64,000 nucleotides of DNA. Source: Hemiscyllium ocellatum. Its lineage: Eukaryota. The stretch is taken from the NCBI RefSeq assembly GCF_020745735.1, contig NC_083446.1, positions 15,540,068 through 15,604,067 of the forward strand, in the 5' to 3' direction. Below are positions 12,410-25,229 of the stretch, piece by piece. The position numbers were made by a program, and so were the translations under genes. Under the pieces are notes generated by a model. That model ran no database searches. It saw nothing but the letters and a program-made list of their open reading frames with translations, and was not told the origin of the DNA. The first letter of the stretch is position 1. Each line of letters starts with the position of its first letter.

Positions 12410-13350
12410 TAGGAGAAAGTGAGGACTTCAGATGCTGAGAAGTCAGGGTCGAAAAGTGTGTCACTGAAAAGCACAGCAGGTCAGGCAGCATTCGAGGAGT
12501 AGGAGCGTCAACATTTCAGGCATAAGTCCTTCTTCAGGAACGTGGAGGGGGATGAGAGATAAATAGATGGGGCTAGTGAGAAGATGGGAGATGAGATTAG
12601 ATTATCTGCAGTGGGAAATAGGCCTTTCAGCCCAACACGTCCACACCAACCCTTCAAAGAGTAACCTACACAGACCCATTTCATTTTGACTAATGTACCT
12701 ATCACTATGGGCAAATTAGCATGGCCAATTCACCGAACCTACACTAATTTGGATTGTGGGAGAAAACTGGAGCACCTGGAGCAAACCCATGCAGATGCAG
12801 GGATAATGTGCCACACAGATCCACACAGCCAGTCACGTGAGGCGGGAATCGAACCCGGGTCCCTGGCACTGTGAGGCAGCAGTGCTAGTCACCATGCCAC
12901 CACAGGTGGATGCAGATGGGGTGTCCCTGGCGCTGTGAGGCAGCAGTGCTAGCCACCATAGGTGGATGCAAGTGGGGGGTAATTGTAGTAGGCCGATGGA
13001 GAGGGAGAAACACATAGGTGGGAATAAAGATAGTCACGTATAAAGGACAGGTCAAAAGAGCAGTGCCAAATTGGAGAGTTGGATTTGGGATGAGGTTGGT
13101 GGAGGGGAGATTTGGAAACTAGTGAAATCAATATTCATGCTGTGTGTTGAAGGTTCCCAAGGCGGAAGAGAAGGCATCCTTCCTTCAATTGGTGTGTGAT
13201 TTTGATTTGGCAGTGCAGGTAACCCAAGACTTGCATGTCCTTGGGGGAGTGGGAGGGGGAGTTGAAGTGGTCAGCCACAGGACAGTGGGTATTTGGTGCG
13301 AGTGTCCCAGAGATTTTCCCTGAAATGCTCCTTGAGTTGGCGTCCACTCT
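12410..13350 (-). mobile_element. Penelope-like element 3' end (GIY-YIG endonuclease C-terminus plus pLTR with hammerhead), interrupted by an HE1 SINE
   Basis: ORF 13135-13347 PVADHFNSPSHSPKDMQVLG...LLFRLG is the typical Penelope GIY-YIG tail; downstream pLTR reads ttc-ctgaaga-a-ggac-ttat-gcct-gaaa-tgtt (12507-12540). Confidence 0.8.
12591..12905 (-). mobile_element. HE1-type SINE nested in the Penelope element; its 5' junction is locally duplicated (about 12925-12970)
   Basis: Reverse complement contains tagcactgctgcctcacagtgccagggacccgggttcgattcc (A/B-box region) and the HE1 body. Confidence 0.85.
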
Positions 13351-13924
13351 CTACAACATAACCTTGTAATTTAAATACCTCATCCCTCAAATCATGTTGT
13401 AAGTTCCTGTCCTGAACTGATGGTGATGGATTTTGGAGATCCTTTAACAGATACTAAGATCATGAGAAATGCTTGCCTCTTCTGAATTTCTTCCTTGACT
13501 GATACTTATTTCTTTTGTCAGCTCATTTTTATACAGAGAAATGGAAGACATGAAATTTCTGAAAAAATTCTTTGATTCCAGTTCTGCTGTCTTCTCAGCT
13601 GCAAGATCCAGCCTGAGATTTTACATTTAATCATGATAAAATTTTTCCAAAGGTGAGTATTATTGAGCATTCATCTACTATTCAATGCTGATCCTGGTGT
13701 GCAGTTTTTCACGTGTGTGGGGCTGGTGTGAGCTGTTTGAAGTGGATCTGAATTTATGTCCATCTATTGCTCTGTTTTATCCCTGTCCTGCCTGATCACT
13801 TCTTTGTCATTGTCTAACCTTCTCTACCTTTAATAATTAATGTTTTTAACCTCATGTGATAGTTTTTCATGATTTCTTCTGATCATATCTAAATGAGAAT
13901 TCCATCACTGCATCCACCCATTTA

Positions 13925-14198
13925 GGGTGGCATTGTGGCTCAGTGCTTAGCACTGCTGCCTCACAGCACCAGGGACCCGGGTTCGATTCGAGCATGTCTG
14001 TGTGGAGTTTGCACATTCTCCCTGCGTCTGCATGGGTTTCCTCCCACAATGCAAAGATGTGCAGGTTAGGTGAATTGACCATGTTAAATTGCCTATAGTG
14101 TGCAGGGATGTGCAGGTTAGATGCATTGGTCAGGATTAAATGTGGAGTAATAGACGAATGGGTCTGGGTGGATTACTTTTGGGAGAGTCGGTGTAAAC
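13925..14198 (+). mobile_element. HE1-type SINE
   Basis: ggtggcattgtggctcagtgcttagcactgctgcctcacagcaccagggacccgggttcgattc and the HE1 body. Confidence 0.85.
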
Positions 14199-14790
14199 TT
14201 AGAGTCATAGAGATGTACAGCATGGAAACAGACCCTTTGGTCCAACCCTTCCATGCCGACCAAATATCCCAACCAATCCAGTCCCACCTGCCAGCACCTG
14301 GCCCATATCCCTCCAAACCCTTCCTATTCATATACCCATCCAAATGCCTCTTAAATGTTGCAATTGTATCAGCCTCCACCACTTCCCCTGGCAGCTCATT
14401 CCATACACACACCACCCTCTGCATGAAAAAGTTGCCCATTAGGTCTCTTTTATATCTTTCTCCTCTCACCCTAAACCTATGCCCTCTAGTTCTGGACTCC
14501 CCGACCCCAGGGAAAAAACTTTGCCTATTTATCCTATCCATGCCGCTCATAATTTTGTAAACCTCTATAAGGTCACCCCTCAGCCTCCGACACTTCAAGG
14601 AAAACAGCCCCAGCCTGTTCAGCCTCTCCCTGTAGCTCAAATCCTTCAACCCTGGAAACATCCTTGTAAATCTTTTCTGAACTCTTTCCAGTTTCACAAC
14701 ATCTTTTCGATAGGAAGAAGACCAGAATTGCATGAAATATTCCAACAGTGGCCTAACCAATGTCCTGTACAGCCACAACATGACCTGACC
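14199..14790 (-). mobile_element. CR1/HER1 LINE 3' fragment, same subfamily as 1-2220
   Basis: ORF 14173-14799 LYRTLVRPLLEY...RGDLIEVYKI...GNFFMQRVV; tail tagagtcatagagatgtacagcatg. Confidence 0.92.
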
Positions 14791-15372
14791 CGTTTCCACA
14801 CTGTAGGGCTTCTAATATTTCTAATATCCAGCAACTATGTGCTGCTGATTTATCTCATGTCCACACACATGGCTTCCCTTTCTTTTGCACAGGCCTCACT
14901 CACAAACAGCCCTCTCACTCTCCTATACTCCTGCTTGCTTCTATTTTTTGCGCTCCCTCTTTCTCCCACCTTGCATCCTCTTACATACTCTTTTCCCTTC
15001 CCCGGTCTTACTCTCCAGCCACATTTTCTCTCTCTCACTCTCTCCATTTCTGTCCTCCCTTACAGGCCAGAGTCTTGTGTCGATTCTGACCAGATGGCAG
15101 TTACCCTTCCCTGGTGGATATTCATAACAAGATTCAGCAGTTTTCATTCCCACTTTTTCTGAGAGCCCCATTCCTAAAAGTTACCAGTTTCATTGAGATC
15201 AGTTTCTAATGTCCTGTTTTGTGCATTCTGTCTTTCTTTTTTCTGTTTTAAATCAATTTCACAGGATGTTAGAAGGGGAAGATTTGCAGTTCGGAAATTC
15301 AAGCCAAACATCAAATCAGGATATGATGGATTTGCTCAGTTTGTCACAACTGAATATCAGCAGATATTGAAC

Positions 15373-16566
15373 ATGGAAGAAAAAGAATCCATTTATATCT
15401 GGGAAAAGGCACATTTGTGTTCCTTGTGTGGACATGGCCTCAAACAATCTTCTGGCCTGAAGAACCACAAGTGCACTCACACTGGGAAGAAAAGGTGGCA
15501 ATGTGCAGATTGTGGCAAAGGATGCAGGTGCCCATCTGAGCTGGAAATTCACCAACACAGCCACACAGGGGCAAGGCCATTCACCTGCTCCAAGTGTGGT
15601 AAAGGATTCATGCAGCCATCCACCCTACTCACACACCAACGAGTTCACACTCAGGAGAGGCCTTTTCAATGCCCAGATTGTGGGAAGTGCTATAAAAGTT
15701 CCAGCAATCTGATGTCCCATCAACGTGTTCACACTGATGAGAGGCCATTTAAATGCCCAAACTGCAGGAAATGTTTTAAAAGTTCTGGCGAACTTATGGC
15801 TCATCAACGTGTTCATACTGATGAGAGACCCTTTAAATGTTCAGAGTGTGCAAAATGCTACAAAAGTTCTGGCGAGCTGATACGTCATGAACGTGTTCAC
15901 AATGATGGGAGACCTTTCAAGTGCCCAGACTGTGCAAAGTGTTATAAATGTTCCGGGGAACTAATGCGTCATCAACGTGTTCACACTAATGAGAGACCTT
16001 TTAGCTGTGCAGACTGTGGGAAGTGTTATAAGAGTTCTTGGGAACTGATGTACCACCAACGAGTTCACACTGACGAGAGACCTTTTAAATGTCCAGATTG
16101 TGGGACATGCTATAAAAGTTCCGGGGAAGTGATGCGTCATCAACGAGTTCACACTGACGAGAGGCCTTTTAACTGCCCAGAGTGTGGGAAATCCTATAAA
16201 AGTTCTGGGGGACTTCAGTACCATCAACATGTTCATGCTGACAAAAGATCTTTTCACTGCACAGACTGTGGGAAGTGCTTTAAAACCTCTGGAGAACTAA
16301 TAGTCCATCAACGTATTCACACTGAGGAGAGACCATTCAGATGCTCTCACTGTGGGACTGGGTTCAGGTGGTCATCTGACCTCACTGTACATCAACGAGT
16401 TCACACTGGGGAGAGACCATTCTCCTGCATGGAATGTGGGAAGCGATTCATTCAGTCATCCCATCTGCTGAGACACCAGCGTGTTCACTCTGAGGAGAGA
16501 TCATTCAACAGCACTAAGTCTGGAAAGAGATTCACTGAAACATCTGCCCTGCAGACCCACCAGTGA
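15373..16566 (+). CDS. Tandem C2H2 zinc-finger protein, 13 intact fingers plus a broken 14th (gene B)
   Basis: Track start 15193 is TTG. Acceptor tttcacag ends at 15264 and the frame is open from 15265; first ATG at 15373. Many fingers carry KSSGEL helices. The ORF ends at cag-TGA-attcac inside a degenerate finger. Confidence 0.85.
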   Translation: MEEKESIYIWEKAHLCSLCGHGLKQSSGLKNHKCTHTGKKRWQCADCGKGCRCPSELEIHQHSHTGARPFTCSKCGKGFMQPSTLLTHQRVHTQERPFQCPDCGKCYKSSSNLMSHQRVHTDERPFKCPNCRKCFKSSGELMAHQRVHTDERPFKCSECAKCYKSSGELIRHERVHNDGRPFKCPDCAKCYKCSGELMRHQRVHTNERPFSCADCGKCYKSSWELMYHQRVHTDERPFKCPDCGTCYKSSGEVMRHQRVHTDERPFNCPECGKSYKSSGGLQYHQHVHADKRSFHCTDCGKCFKTSGELIVHQRIHTEERPFRCSHCGTGFRWSSDLTVHQRVHTGERPFSCMECGKRFIQSSHLLRHQRVHSEERSFNSTKSGKRFTETSALQTHQ

Positions 16567-16859
16567 ATTCACACATTGGAGAGGCCTCTTAAAGACCCAG
16601 ACTGCAGGTCATGCTGTAAATGGTTGTGTGAACTGATTATGTCATCCACAAGAGTCTGAGTCTGACTGGGGAAAAGGGTGGAAACGTCAATTGGAAGACT
16701 GAGAATGAGGTGAATGGAATAAGAGGGAAGAGATAAATCAGCAGGAATTGGTCTGAATAGCCTGTCTGCTCATTTCATGTTCTAAGTATTTCAGTTTAAC
16801 CTCCTTTTACAGTATATTTTTGTGTTGTATTTCCAAATCAGAATCAACACATTAAGATC

Positions 16860-18500
16860 TGACAGAGTGACCCAATTCAACAGGACCTGAACATTACTGG
16901 CACCTCCGAATGTGGAAGGTGAAACGCTGTCTGTGAGAGGAGATTTTAAGCATCAGTGTGACTGCAAAACCACCAAGACACACACAAGTGTGAGAGTGTT
17001 CCAGTGCACTAACTGTGGAAAAAGCATTAACTATGCAACCTGAAAAATAATTACACCCTCCACAACGGAGAGAGACTGTCCATGTGTTCTGTCTGTGCAG
17101 ATCAGTTTCAGTCAGACATTGAACCTGGAATGACTTAAGGAGAGCAACACCACGGAGAAACCATGGGAATTTGGGGACAATGGGAAAGGATTCCGTTAAT
17201 CCTCAAAGTTGGAAACTCTTCAAGCAATCACAATAGAGAGAGGCTGCTCGGTGTGTGTGAAGTGATTCACTCAGTTATTGAGCCTGTACATACACCAGCA
17301 CATTCACACTGGGAAGAGGCCATTCACCAGTTCCATGTGTGGGCAGGGATTTAATGCTTTATTAGCCCTTTGGGCTCATGAGCAGATTCAGTCTTAAATG
17401 TGTGAGAAGAATTTTAAAAGCGGATAGGATATATTGATACATCAGCATAGATGTGTCAACACACTGGGGAGAAGACCATTCACCTGCAAAGTGTGTGGGA
17501 AAGGATTCGTTCAGTCGTTCCACCTGCTGACCCACCAACTTATTCATATTGAAGAGAGATATTTTAAATGTTCTGACTGCAAGACCTTTAAACATAGAAA
17601 GATGTACTGAACCACTAACGCATTCTAACTGGGGAGAAACCATAGTCTGCTTTGTGTGTGGGAAATCTATTAGATTAGATTCCCCACAGTGTGGAAACAG
17701 GCAATTTGGCCCAACAAGTTCAAACCGACCCTCCGAAAAGTAACCCATCCAGACCAATTTCCCTACATTTACCCCTGACTAATGCATCGCACATCTTTGG
17801 ATTGTGTGAAGAAATCCATGCAGATGCAGCGAGAATGTGCAAACTCCACACCGACAGTTGCCCAAGACAGGAATCGAACCTGTGTCTCTGGCGGTGTGAG
17901 GCAGCAACGCTGAGCCACCGTGCCACACAAGGGAATTCAGATTGGGCAGGGATTCACTAGTTCATCCTATCTTCTGACACATCATTTTGTTCACACTGAT
18001 GAGAGATCTTTTGGATGTCTTGACTGTGAGAAGAAATTTAAAAGCAGAACGCATTTTCTTAAATACCGTGACACTCACACTGGGAAGAAGCCATTCCTTT
18101 GCTTTGTGTCTGGGAAAGGATTCACTCTATTTTCCCACCTGCTGAGACACCATCAAGTTAACACTGGGGAAAGGCCATTCTCCTGTGCTGAGTTTGAGCA
18201 GGAATTTGTTGATTCATCCTGATTTTCTAATCCACCAGTGAGTTCATACTGGGGAGAGACTGCTCCCTGTGTGGCAAGAGATTCACTCAGTCTTCCAATT
18301 TCACAGAACACCAACTTGTTCACACTGACAGCAGACCTTTTCAATATTGTGGCTGTGAGAATAGGTTTAAAAGTAAACAGTATCTGCTGAAACATCAAAA
18401 AATTCACTTGAGGTTGGGAGCGTACATCTGCTTTGTGTGCAGGAAAGGATTCGCTCAATCTCACATCCTTCTGAAACACCAGCAACTTCACCTGCAAGAG
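16860..18500 (+). pseudogene. C2H2 ZNF pseudogene (U5), interrupted by an HE1 SINE
   Basis: Shared leader gcatcagtgtgactg...gtgagagtgttccagtgcact; finger remnants HTDERSFGCLDCEKKF and HTGKKPFLC with many frameshifts and stops. Confidence 0.85.
17670..17927 (-). mobile_element. HE1-type SINE inside ZNF pseudogene U5
   Basis: attagattagatt tail, gtggaaacagg...ggcccaacaag, and end ...agccaccgtgcc. Confidence 0.85.
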
Positions 18501-19394
18501 CAGCAATTGGATTCGACTGAGAATGCTGCTGTGACCTATAGTCGGACTGAGCCTTATCTGACTGCCCATTTCCGCTGGGGCTCCACAGTTTCTTGGTAGA
18601 GGTCAAGGATCTAGATTTCAATGTAGGGGCCATAATGAGGAAGATTTATAAATATGACAGAAGTTGGCCATAAAATGGACAATGAGAAACAAAGCTGCAG
18701 ACTGCATGATGTCAATGGACTAGCCAAAAAGGCAGAAACATGGTCAATGGAATTCATTTGGAGATAAGGAATCTGGGAGGGAAGGGGCTAACAGGAAAAG
18801 GGAATGTACAATAATTCATGGGAAACTGAGAAGTTTAGAGGAACATTGAGCACATCGAATGATCGCTGGATGGGTACATAAAGAGGTTAGTGCGGGGTTT
18901 AGTTGAACCTGGAATATAAAAACATTGTGATTGTGCTGGAACTTTAGAAAATATTAGTTAAAGCACAGCTGGAGTACCAAGGGCAGTTCTGTTCATAACA
19001 TGAGTGAACTAGAAAGTGAATCTATTTTAATCATCATAAAACTCAAGACATTTCGAGATTTCAGTACAATCAGTGTTCAATTCATCAAATGTCACTGATA
19101 AAGATAAAGCTAATCTACAAAATGATTGTAATAGTGAGGACATCTGAATTGTCAGCAACTGAAAATCTGTAGTGTTTCAATAATAATAATAATTAAGAAA
19201 AATATTTTGGTTAACTTACTAAAACATGGTGACTTTGTATAAGGGAAGAAGTTGATTAGTGTGTAGCGAATGAATCTATCCTTATTTTAATCTGAATTTT
19301 GTTTTGATTTAGTTAATAAATAAACATAGTGTAGGGAATCCCAGTCCCATAGACTACTCATCGAGTTCCATATGGGAAAACCAGGATAATTACA

Positions 19395-20048
19395 GTCACA
19401 GAGTCATACAGCACTGAAACAGGTCTTTCAGCTCAAACTTACTCAAGTCAAACAGCTTTACTAAACTGAACTAGTTGCATTTACCTGCGTTTGGCTTATA
19501 TCTCTCTAACCCTTTCCTATCCATGTCCCTGTCTAAATGTCTTTTCAATATTGTTATTGTGTCTTGCCTTTATCACTTCCTCCGGCAGCTCATTACATAT
19601 GTGCACCACCCTCTGTGTGAAAAGCTTGCCCCTCAGGATGTTATTAAAGCTTTCTCACCTCAAACCTGTGCCCTCTAATTCTGGACTCCTCTACTCTGGG
19701 TAAAGGTCTTGGCTATTCACCTTATCTGTGTCCTTCATAATTTTATAAACCTCTGTAATATCACCCCTCAGTCTCCTCTACTGCAGGGGAAAAAAGTCCC
19801 AGACAATGCATCCTCTCCTTTTAACTCAAAGCATCCAGTCTTGATAATATTCTAGTAACTCTTTTTTGCACGCTTTCCAGTTTAATGACATCCTACCTGT
19901 ACCAGGGTAACCAGAATTGTACGCAGTGATACAAATGTGGTGTCATCAATGTCTTGTACAGCTGTAACATGACATCTCAACTCCTGTACTCAGTGCTCTG
20001 ACCAATGAAGGCAAGTGTGCCAAATACCTTCTTCATCACCCTGTCTGC
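19395..20048 (-). mobile_element. CR1 LINE 3' fragment
   Basis: cacagagtcatacagcact tail; caccaccctctgtgtgaaaa; tcacccctcagtctcct. Confidence 0.8.
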
Positions 20049-20089
20049 CAGGGACACAATTCTTGATACTGACAAGAACACTCATTTGA

Positions 20090-20540
20090 CCACAGCTAAA
20101 ATATGACACTCAGTTCTGGCCCCACATTCCAGGACAGACGTGATCACACTAGGGAGGGTGCAGAGGAGATTGATGAGAGTGTTTCCAGAATTGGAGAATT
20201 ATAGCTCTGATAAAAGGTTGAATAGGTTGAGGTTGTTTTCTGTGGAAGAGAAGCAGACTGAGGTGAGAGTTAATTTAAGTGATAAGATAGGAGTCCAGAC
20301 AGAGTGGATCGGAATGAGCTATTCATTAATAGCGAGATTGGTAACTGGAGGTTTTAGATTTAAAATATTTCACAGAAAGAAGAAGGAAGTGAGGAATCAT
20401 TTCACATAGAGATGGTGGGGAGTTGGAATTCTCTGTCTGATAGAGGCAGAAATCTCATTGTATTAAAATAAAAGGACATGGATACACTTGGAATGCAGAA
20501 TATACAGCTCAATGTATAAAGATCAGTAAAATGGGATCAG
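20090..20540 (+). mobile_element. Old CR1 LINE 3' fragment
   Basis: LGRVQRRLMRVFPELENYSSDKRLNRLRLFS. Confidence 0.7.
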
Positions 20541-20548
20541 CCTAGATA

Positions 20549-20848
20549 GTGGGCGGCACGGTGGCACAGTGGTTAGCACTGCTGCCTCACAGCGCCTGCG
20601 ACCCGGGTTCAATTCCCGACTGTGTGGAGTTTGCACGTTCTCCCCGTGTCTGCGTGGGTTTCCTCCGGGTGCTCCGGTTTCCTCCCACAGTCACAAAGAT
20701 GTGTGGGTCAGGTGAATTGGCTATGCTAAATTGCCCATAGTGTAAGGTAAGGGGTACATGTAGGGGTATGGGTGGGTTGCGCTTTGGTGGGTCGGTGTGG
20801 ACCTGTTGGGCCGAAGGGCCTGTTTCCACGCTGTAAGTAATCTAATCT
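20549..20848 (+). mobile_element. HE1-type SINE, young (CpGs retained)
   Basis: gtgggcggcacggtggcacagtggttagcactgctgcctcacagcg...gggttcaattcc...gtaagtaatctaatct. Confidence 0.92.
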
Positions 20849-21713
20849 TCCATTTCAGCCACACAACCACAATGGGCCAAGTGGCCTCCATCTGTGCCAT
20901 AACTTTCAGATGTCTTTATTCTGACCTTTGGAGTTTTTTTTCTGATGATGTTTCTCACCTCTGAAATTGGACTGGAGTTTAATATTCTGGAGAAATGTCA
21001 AATAAATCAGGTTTGTTTCAAACATCTCAGTGTAGATTGTTTGAATCCTGAGTGTTTCTATACACCTGGAGATCAGAAACAACAGTCTCGGGGGAGGATC
21101 ATATGACAGCAACAGAAGTTAAGGGTGGATATTTCCTTCCGAGTCACACTGAGAGGCACAAATAACACTTTGATTTTTCTCGTCTCCTCTTCACTGACAG
21201 CAAAGCCCCACTGTGGGTTTATTCTGCCGTGAAGAAGGAATGTGTCCCAGCCACTGTCTCCTTTGGCTCAGAGCTCCTAGATATAGAACAGAATCTCTAG
21301 AATCAGAGGAAGAACAACAGTGAATGCTGGAAATGTGCTTCAAGTCAGAGATGAGTAGAAAACCGATGTGTTCCTGACTGGAAGTGAATCTACATATTTA
21401 AGTTTCTACTACATTGATAAAGATGAAACTGTTTGGCAATCCAAGATGAACTAGAAATTATACTTTACCAAGAGTGTGACCATGGAAGATGTTGACAAAA
21501 TATTAAGTTTCATTTTTAAATACCCATACATTGATTGGTCAAGAGGGTGTCTAACAGCACCAAGATTGGTGTTGGCAAGTGTTCATTGGTAGAGTCTTAT
21601 CTGAAACTGTTATCATGAATTTATCATTTTATAATGATGGAATACCAATTCCATTTTGTTCTTTTCAGTTTTCCAGGATTGATTTTGTTTTTCTTTTTAC
21701 TTAAATTTCTGCA

Positions 21714-22025
21714 GGTGGCACAGTGGTTCAGTGATTAGCACTGCTGCCTCACAGCACAAGGGACCCAGATTTGATTCCAGCACTGTGTGACTGTCTGTGA
21801 GGAGATTGCACATTCTCCTTGTGTCTGCATGGGTTTCCTGCCACAGTCCAAAGATGTGCAATCTAGGTGAATTGACCATGCTAAATTGTCTGTAGTATTT
21901 GGGATGTATTGAGTAGGTGCATTAGTCAGGGGAAATATCGATTATTAAGGCAGGAGAATGGGTCTGGGTGGGTTACTCTTCAAAGGGTCAGTGTGGACAT
22001 GTTGGGCCAAATGGCCTGCTTCTGT
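21714..22025 (+). mobile_element. HE1-type SINE
   Basis: ggtggcacagtggttcagtgattagcactgctgcctcacagc...ttgggccaaatggcctg. Confidence 0.85.
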
Positions 22026-22289
22026 TATATAATTTTCTTGTTCTAACACTGAATTCATAGATTTTTAACTATTTGTTGAAGACAGTTCCTATTGAGTACA
22101 GAAGGTTTTGGCTGGCACTCAGTATTTTGATTCCTTCCCTCAGACACTGCCAGGCCTGCAGAATTTCTCCAACAATTTCTGTTTTTGTTTCAAATCTCCA
22201 GCAACATGGTTTTTTTTTTCCTTTGGCAGTAAAATTGGACCCAATTTAGTAACATCTGCAGTAGATTTCACTGAACATAGATCAGTCTT

Positions 22290-24360
22290 GGCTGTGATTA
22301 ACGGAAAAGAAGTCTCTGTAGTCGTTTGGACATTTAAAAGATCTCTTGTCTATGTGATCTCAGTGGTGTGTCAACTGGGGCCGTGATTTTTGAGAATTGA
22401 AATTCATGATATTCTTTCAGGGTAGGTGTAGATAGAATATCTCCCATGGCTGTTGAGTCTAGAACCAAGGGATCTTAACTCAGAATAAAGGATAGGCCAC
22501 TGAAGACTGAGTGAGGAGGGATTTTTCATTCAAAATCATTGAAATTCTTCAACAATTGAGGATGTTCAATACAGGAAACAATAGATTCACGAGGTGGATG
22601 ACAGAATGGGAACAATGCAGAAAAGAAATGACTGGCCAAGATCCAACTGAATGGCAGAGCAAGTTCAGGGGCAGAATGGTCCCTGCTGTTCCAAGTTCTA
22701 GGGCTTTCACCATCTCCTCCATCTTCAAGTCCAACAAGTGGGAACTGATGGACTGTCATCAGGAGTGAGAGCATCTGATGAGTAACCTCTGCGTGTCTTT
22801 CCTTCCCTGAGCTCACCCGGCCAAACTGTGTCAAATTCTTTTTTGAACTCTCAACCCATGTATTTCTTTAATTTCTAGATCTCCCATCAGGACTTGTCCA
22901 TTTGATCCACTTTTGAATCCCTGGATCCTATTCCTACTAAATAACTGACCATCCAACTCTCCCATGGTCACTAAAATTGTGAACAGTTCTCTCTCTGTCT
23001 CTTTTTCTCTCTCTCTCACTGTTTTGGTTTTGTCCCTTTCACCTTTGAATCCCTGATCATCGCCTATCCTGAGAAAAAAAGTAACTCTTGACCTCACCAC
23101 CATTGCAATCTACCACCTCCTCTTTAATCTCCATTTCTTCTCCAAAATTCTTGAACATGGTGTGCTACAAGGACCTGTCCCAGGCGTCTCCTACTTATCA
23201 TCTACTGGGAAACAATGCCCAGAAGCACTGTGTTGTTTTACGCAGGCACACTGACAATACTTTACTCCATCTCACCACCATCTTTTTCTATTCCTCCATT
23301 TGCAGATTGTTCTTTCCACATCCAGTACCAGATCTGCAGGACTTTCCTCCAAGTAAAAATCAGGAAGAGACAATCCATTTTTTGAAATCTGTGATGCAAG
23401 TTCTGTTTCTTTATGACCAAATCCATCCCTTTTCACTGGGAACTATCTGAGGCTGAACTACACTGTTTACCTTCTCCCTAACATGCTTAATCTGAAAATG
23501 AGTGCCTGATCACAGATCATGGACAGACTGGAGAAGCTGAGATTATTTGTCTTTGAGAAGGTTAAAGAGGGAATTCATTGAAGGGTGGTAAGTTTTTAAG
23601 CTGGTTTCATCTGCACAAGGTGAAACTGTTCCAACTTCAGGATGGTTGGTAACCACAGAACTTAACTTCAAAGTATGTAGCAAAAAGTCAAAGGGGGCAA
23701 ATGAGGAGAGATTATTTTAATTCAGTTCTGATGATCTGAACAATGTTATTGGATTGTCTGTTGGAAGCCGATTGAACAGTAACTTTCAAAAGTGATTTGG
23801 AATATTCCTTCATAAGGCAGAAGAAGCAAGGGAGAGGGATTCAATTGTCAGCATTTTCACAAACAGTTCCAGCACAATGAACTGAATGACCACCTTCTGT
23901 ACTCTGAAGATTCTATTGTATGACTTTGTGCTGGATCAGGATTTAATTATTTGCACAGTCACTGCAGTCGTAGAGACATTTACAAGATCTCTTGTCTGTG
24001 TGAACTGGATGAATGTTTTTCCACATTCAGAACAAGCAAATGGCTTCTCCCAATGTGACTGCAGTGATGTGGTACCAACTTAGATGGGCATTTGCACCCT
24101 CTCCCAGACCTCTCAGTTTTCCCCATGGCATTTCGTGGCAGCTTGTAAGTTGAAGCCTGCTCCATAGAGTCTGCACATGTACAGATTTTCCCTGGTGTCG
24201 TGTCTTTCAAACGTTTTAACGAATTAAAACTCTTTCCCCAACCAGAGCACTGTCACAATCTCGTTTGTATCTTGGAGTTTTTACAGTAACACTGATATTT
24301 GAAATCATTGCCCACATTCACAGCAGAGAAAGCTTTCTCCTATCACATTTTCAGATGCAT
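22290..24360 (-). pseudogene. Decayed ZNF unit (U6) in two pieces (22290-22375 and 23955-24360), split by the 1.6-kb duplicated block
   Basis: Minus strand reads cacagacaagagatcttgtaaatgt, gggagaagccatttgcttgttctgaatgtggaaaa and GCKCPSKL..HHCSH; the leader motif gatttcaaatatcagtgttactg is present. Confidence 0.7.
22371..23957. repeat. 1.6-kb direct repeat, copy 1 (mosaic of CR1 3' end, L2 RT fragment and a second CR1 3' end)
   Basis: Co-linear with 29389-31059 from tcaactggg to ggatcaggatttaattatttgcaca; the L2 part encodes DPIPTK..IVNSSL..ANY..FFSKILE remnants. Confidence 0.92.
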
Positions 24361-24399
24361 GCTATCCTGGTCCTAAATGTAAATACCATGTAGTTTGGT

Positions 24400-25000
24400 T
24401 AGAGTTTTATTTCTGCGAAGAGAGTTTGCAGGAAGCCCCAGCCCTTTCCGCCGGTGTGACCACTCGTGCTTACAGCCGAATGCTGTTTTCGAAACCCTGG
24501 ACCCACCCTCAGGCTCTCCCACTTCCTCAAGCGCCACCACCGCTTCTACATCGGTACTGCAATTGCTCATTCTGCGGCGTCCGGGTGATTGGCAGAGGCT
24601 CTCGGCCAATAGGAATCCGGAGGCGGGGCAGGAAGACCAATCGTCCGGTGGGTCCTCCAACTAATCAAAGTGAACGATGGGCGGAGTTGCAGGACCGGTC
24701 ACAGTGAGAGACTTGGAGCAGCTTTGTCCAGTGGCTGCGGTCGGCGACAGAAAAGGGAAGGAGTGGAGACTGTGTGTTCGAGTGCGATCGGGAGAGAAAG
24801 AGCGGAGAGGCTCTATAAACACCTCGTGTGGGCCGCAAACCCCGGATAAGTCTCTCCAAGCCCCGCGTTCGGAAATCCGACTCAAGGAGGCCCTGCCTTA
24901 TGGCCGCCATCTCAGTGAGGGCACTGGGAGCGCGCGCGGGTTTCTAGGGGCGCCATCTTTATGGAGTCAATGCGCTGTAGAGCGCGTGCGAGGCCAGCTG
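24400..25000 (+). promoter_or_regulatory. CpG-island promoter for gene C, lying between U6 (-) and gene C (+)
   Basis: CpG-rich; CCAAT boxes at 24587-24592 (reverse), 24606 and 24637; GC boxes at 24621 and 24680; YY1 cores ggccgccatct (24902-24912) and gcgccatctt (24950-24959). Confidence 0.75.
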
Positions 25001-25061
25001 TGGGACAGTGCTGTGATGTCACTGGGGGATGGCTCAGTGAGGGGAGTGGTGGAGAGGGTGT

Positions 25062-25229
25062 GCAGGAGGGATGGGGAGACCGGAAATAGGAGGGGGAGGG
25101 GCAGCAGGAGGGATGGGGAGACCGGAAGCAGGAGGGGGAGGGGCAGCAGGAGGGATGGGGAGACTGGAAGCAGGAGGGGGAGGGGCAGCAGGAGGGATGG
25201 GGAGACTGGAAGCAGGAGGGGGAGGGGCA
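25062..25229. repeat. 42-bp G-rich minisatellite, 4 copies
   Basis: Unit gcaggagggatggggagac[c/t]ggaagcaggagggggaggggca at 25062, 25104, 25146 and 25188. Confidence 0.93.

Noticed and set aside
15193-15372. ORF-track N-terminal extensions (starts at 10447, 15193 and 26955)
   Set aside because: All three starts are TTG, and 15193-15264 is a polypyrimidine tract and acceptor. No KRAB, SCAN or BTB motif is recognisable.
20549-20620. HE1 heads as tRNA genes
   Set aside because: A and B boxes are present but continue into the SINE body and tail.
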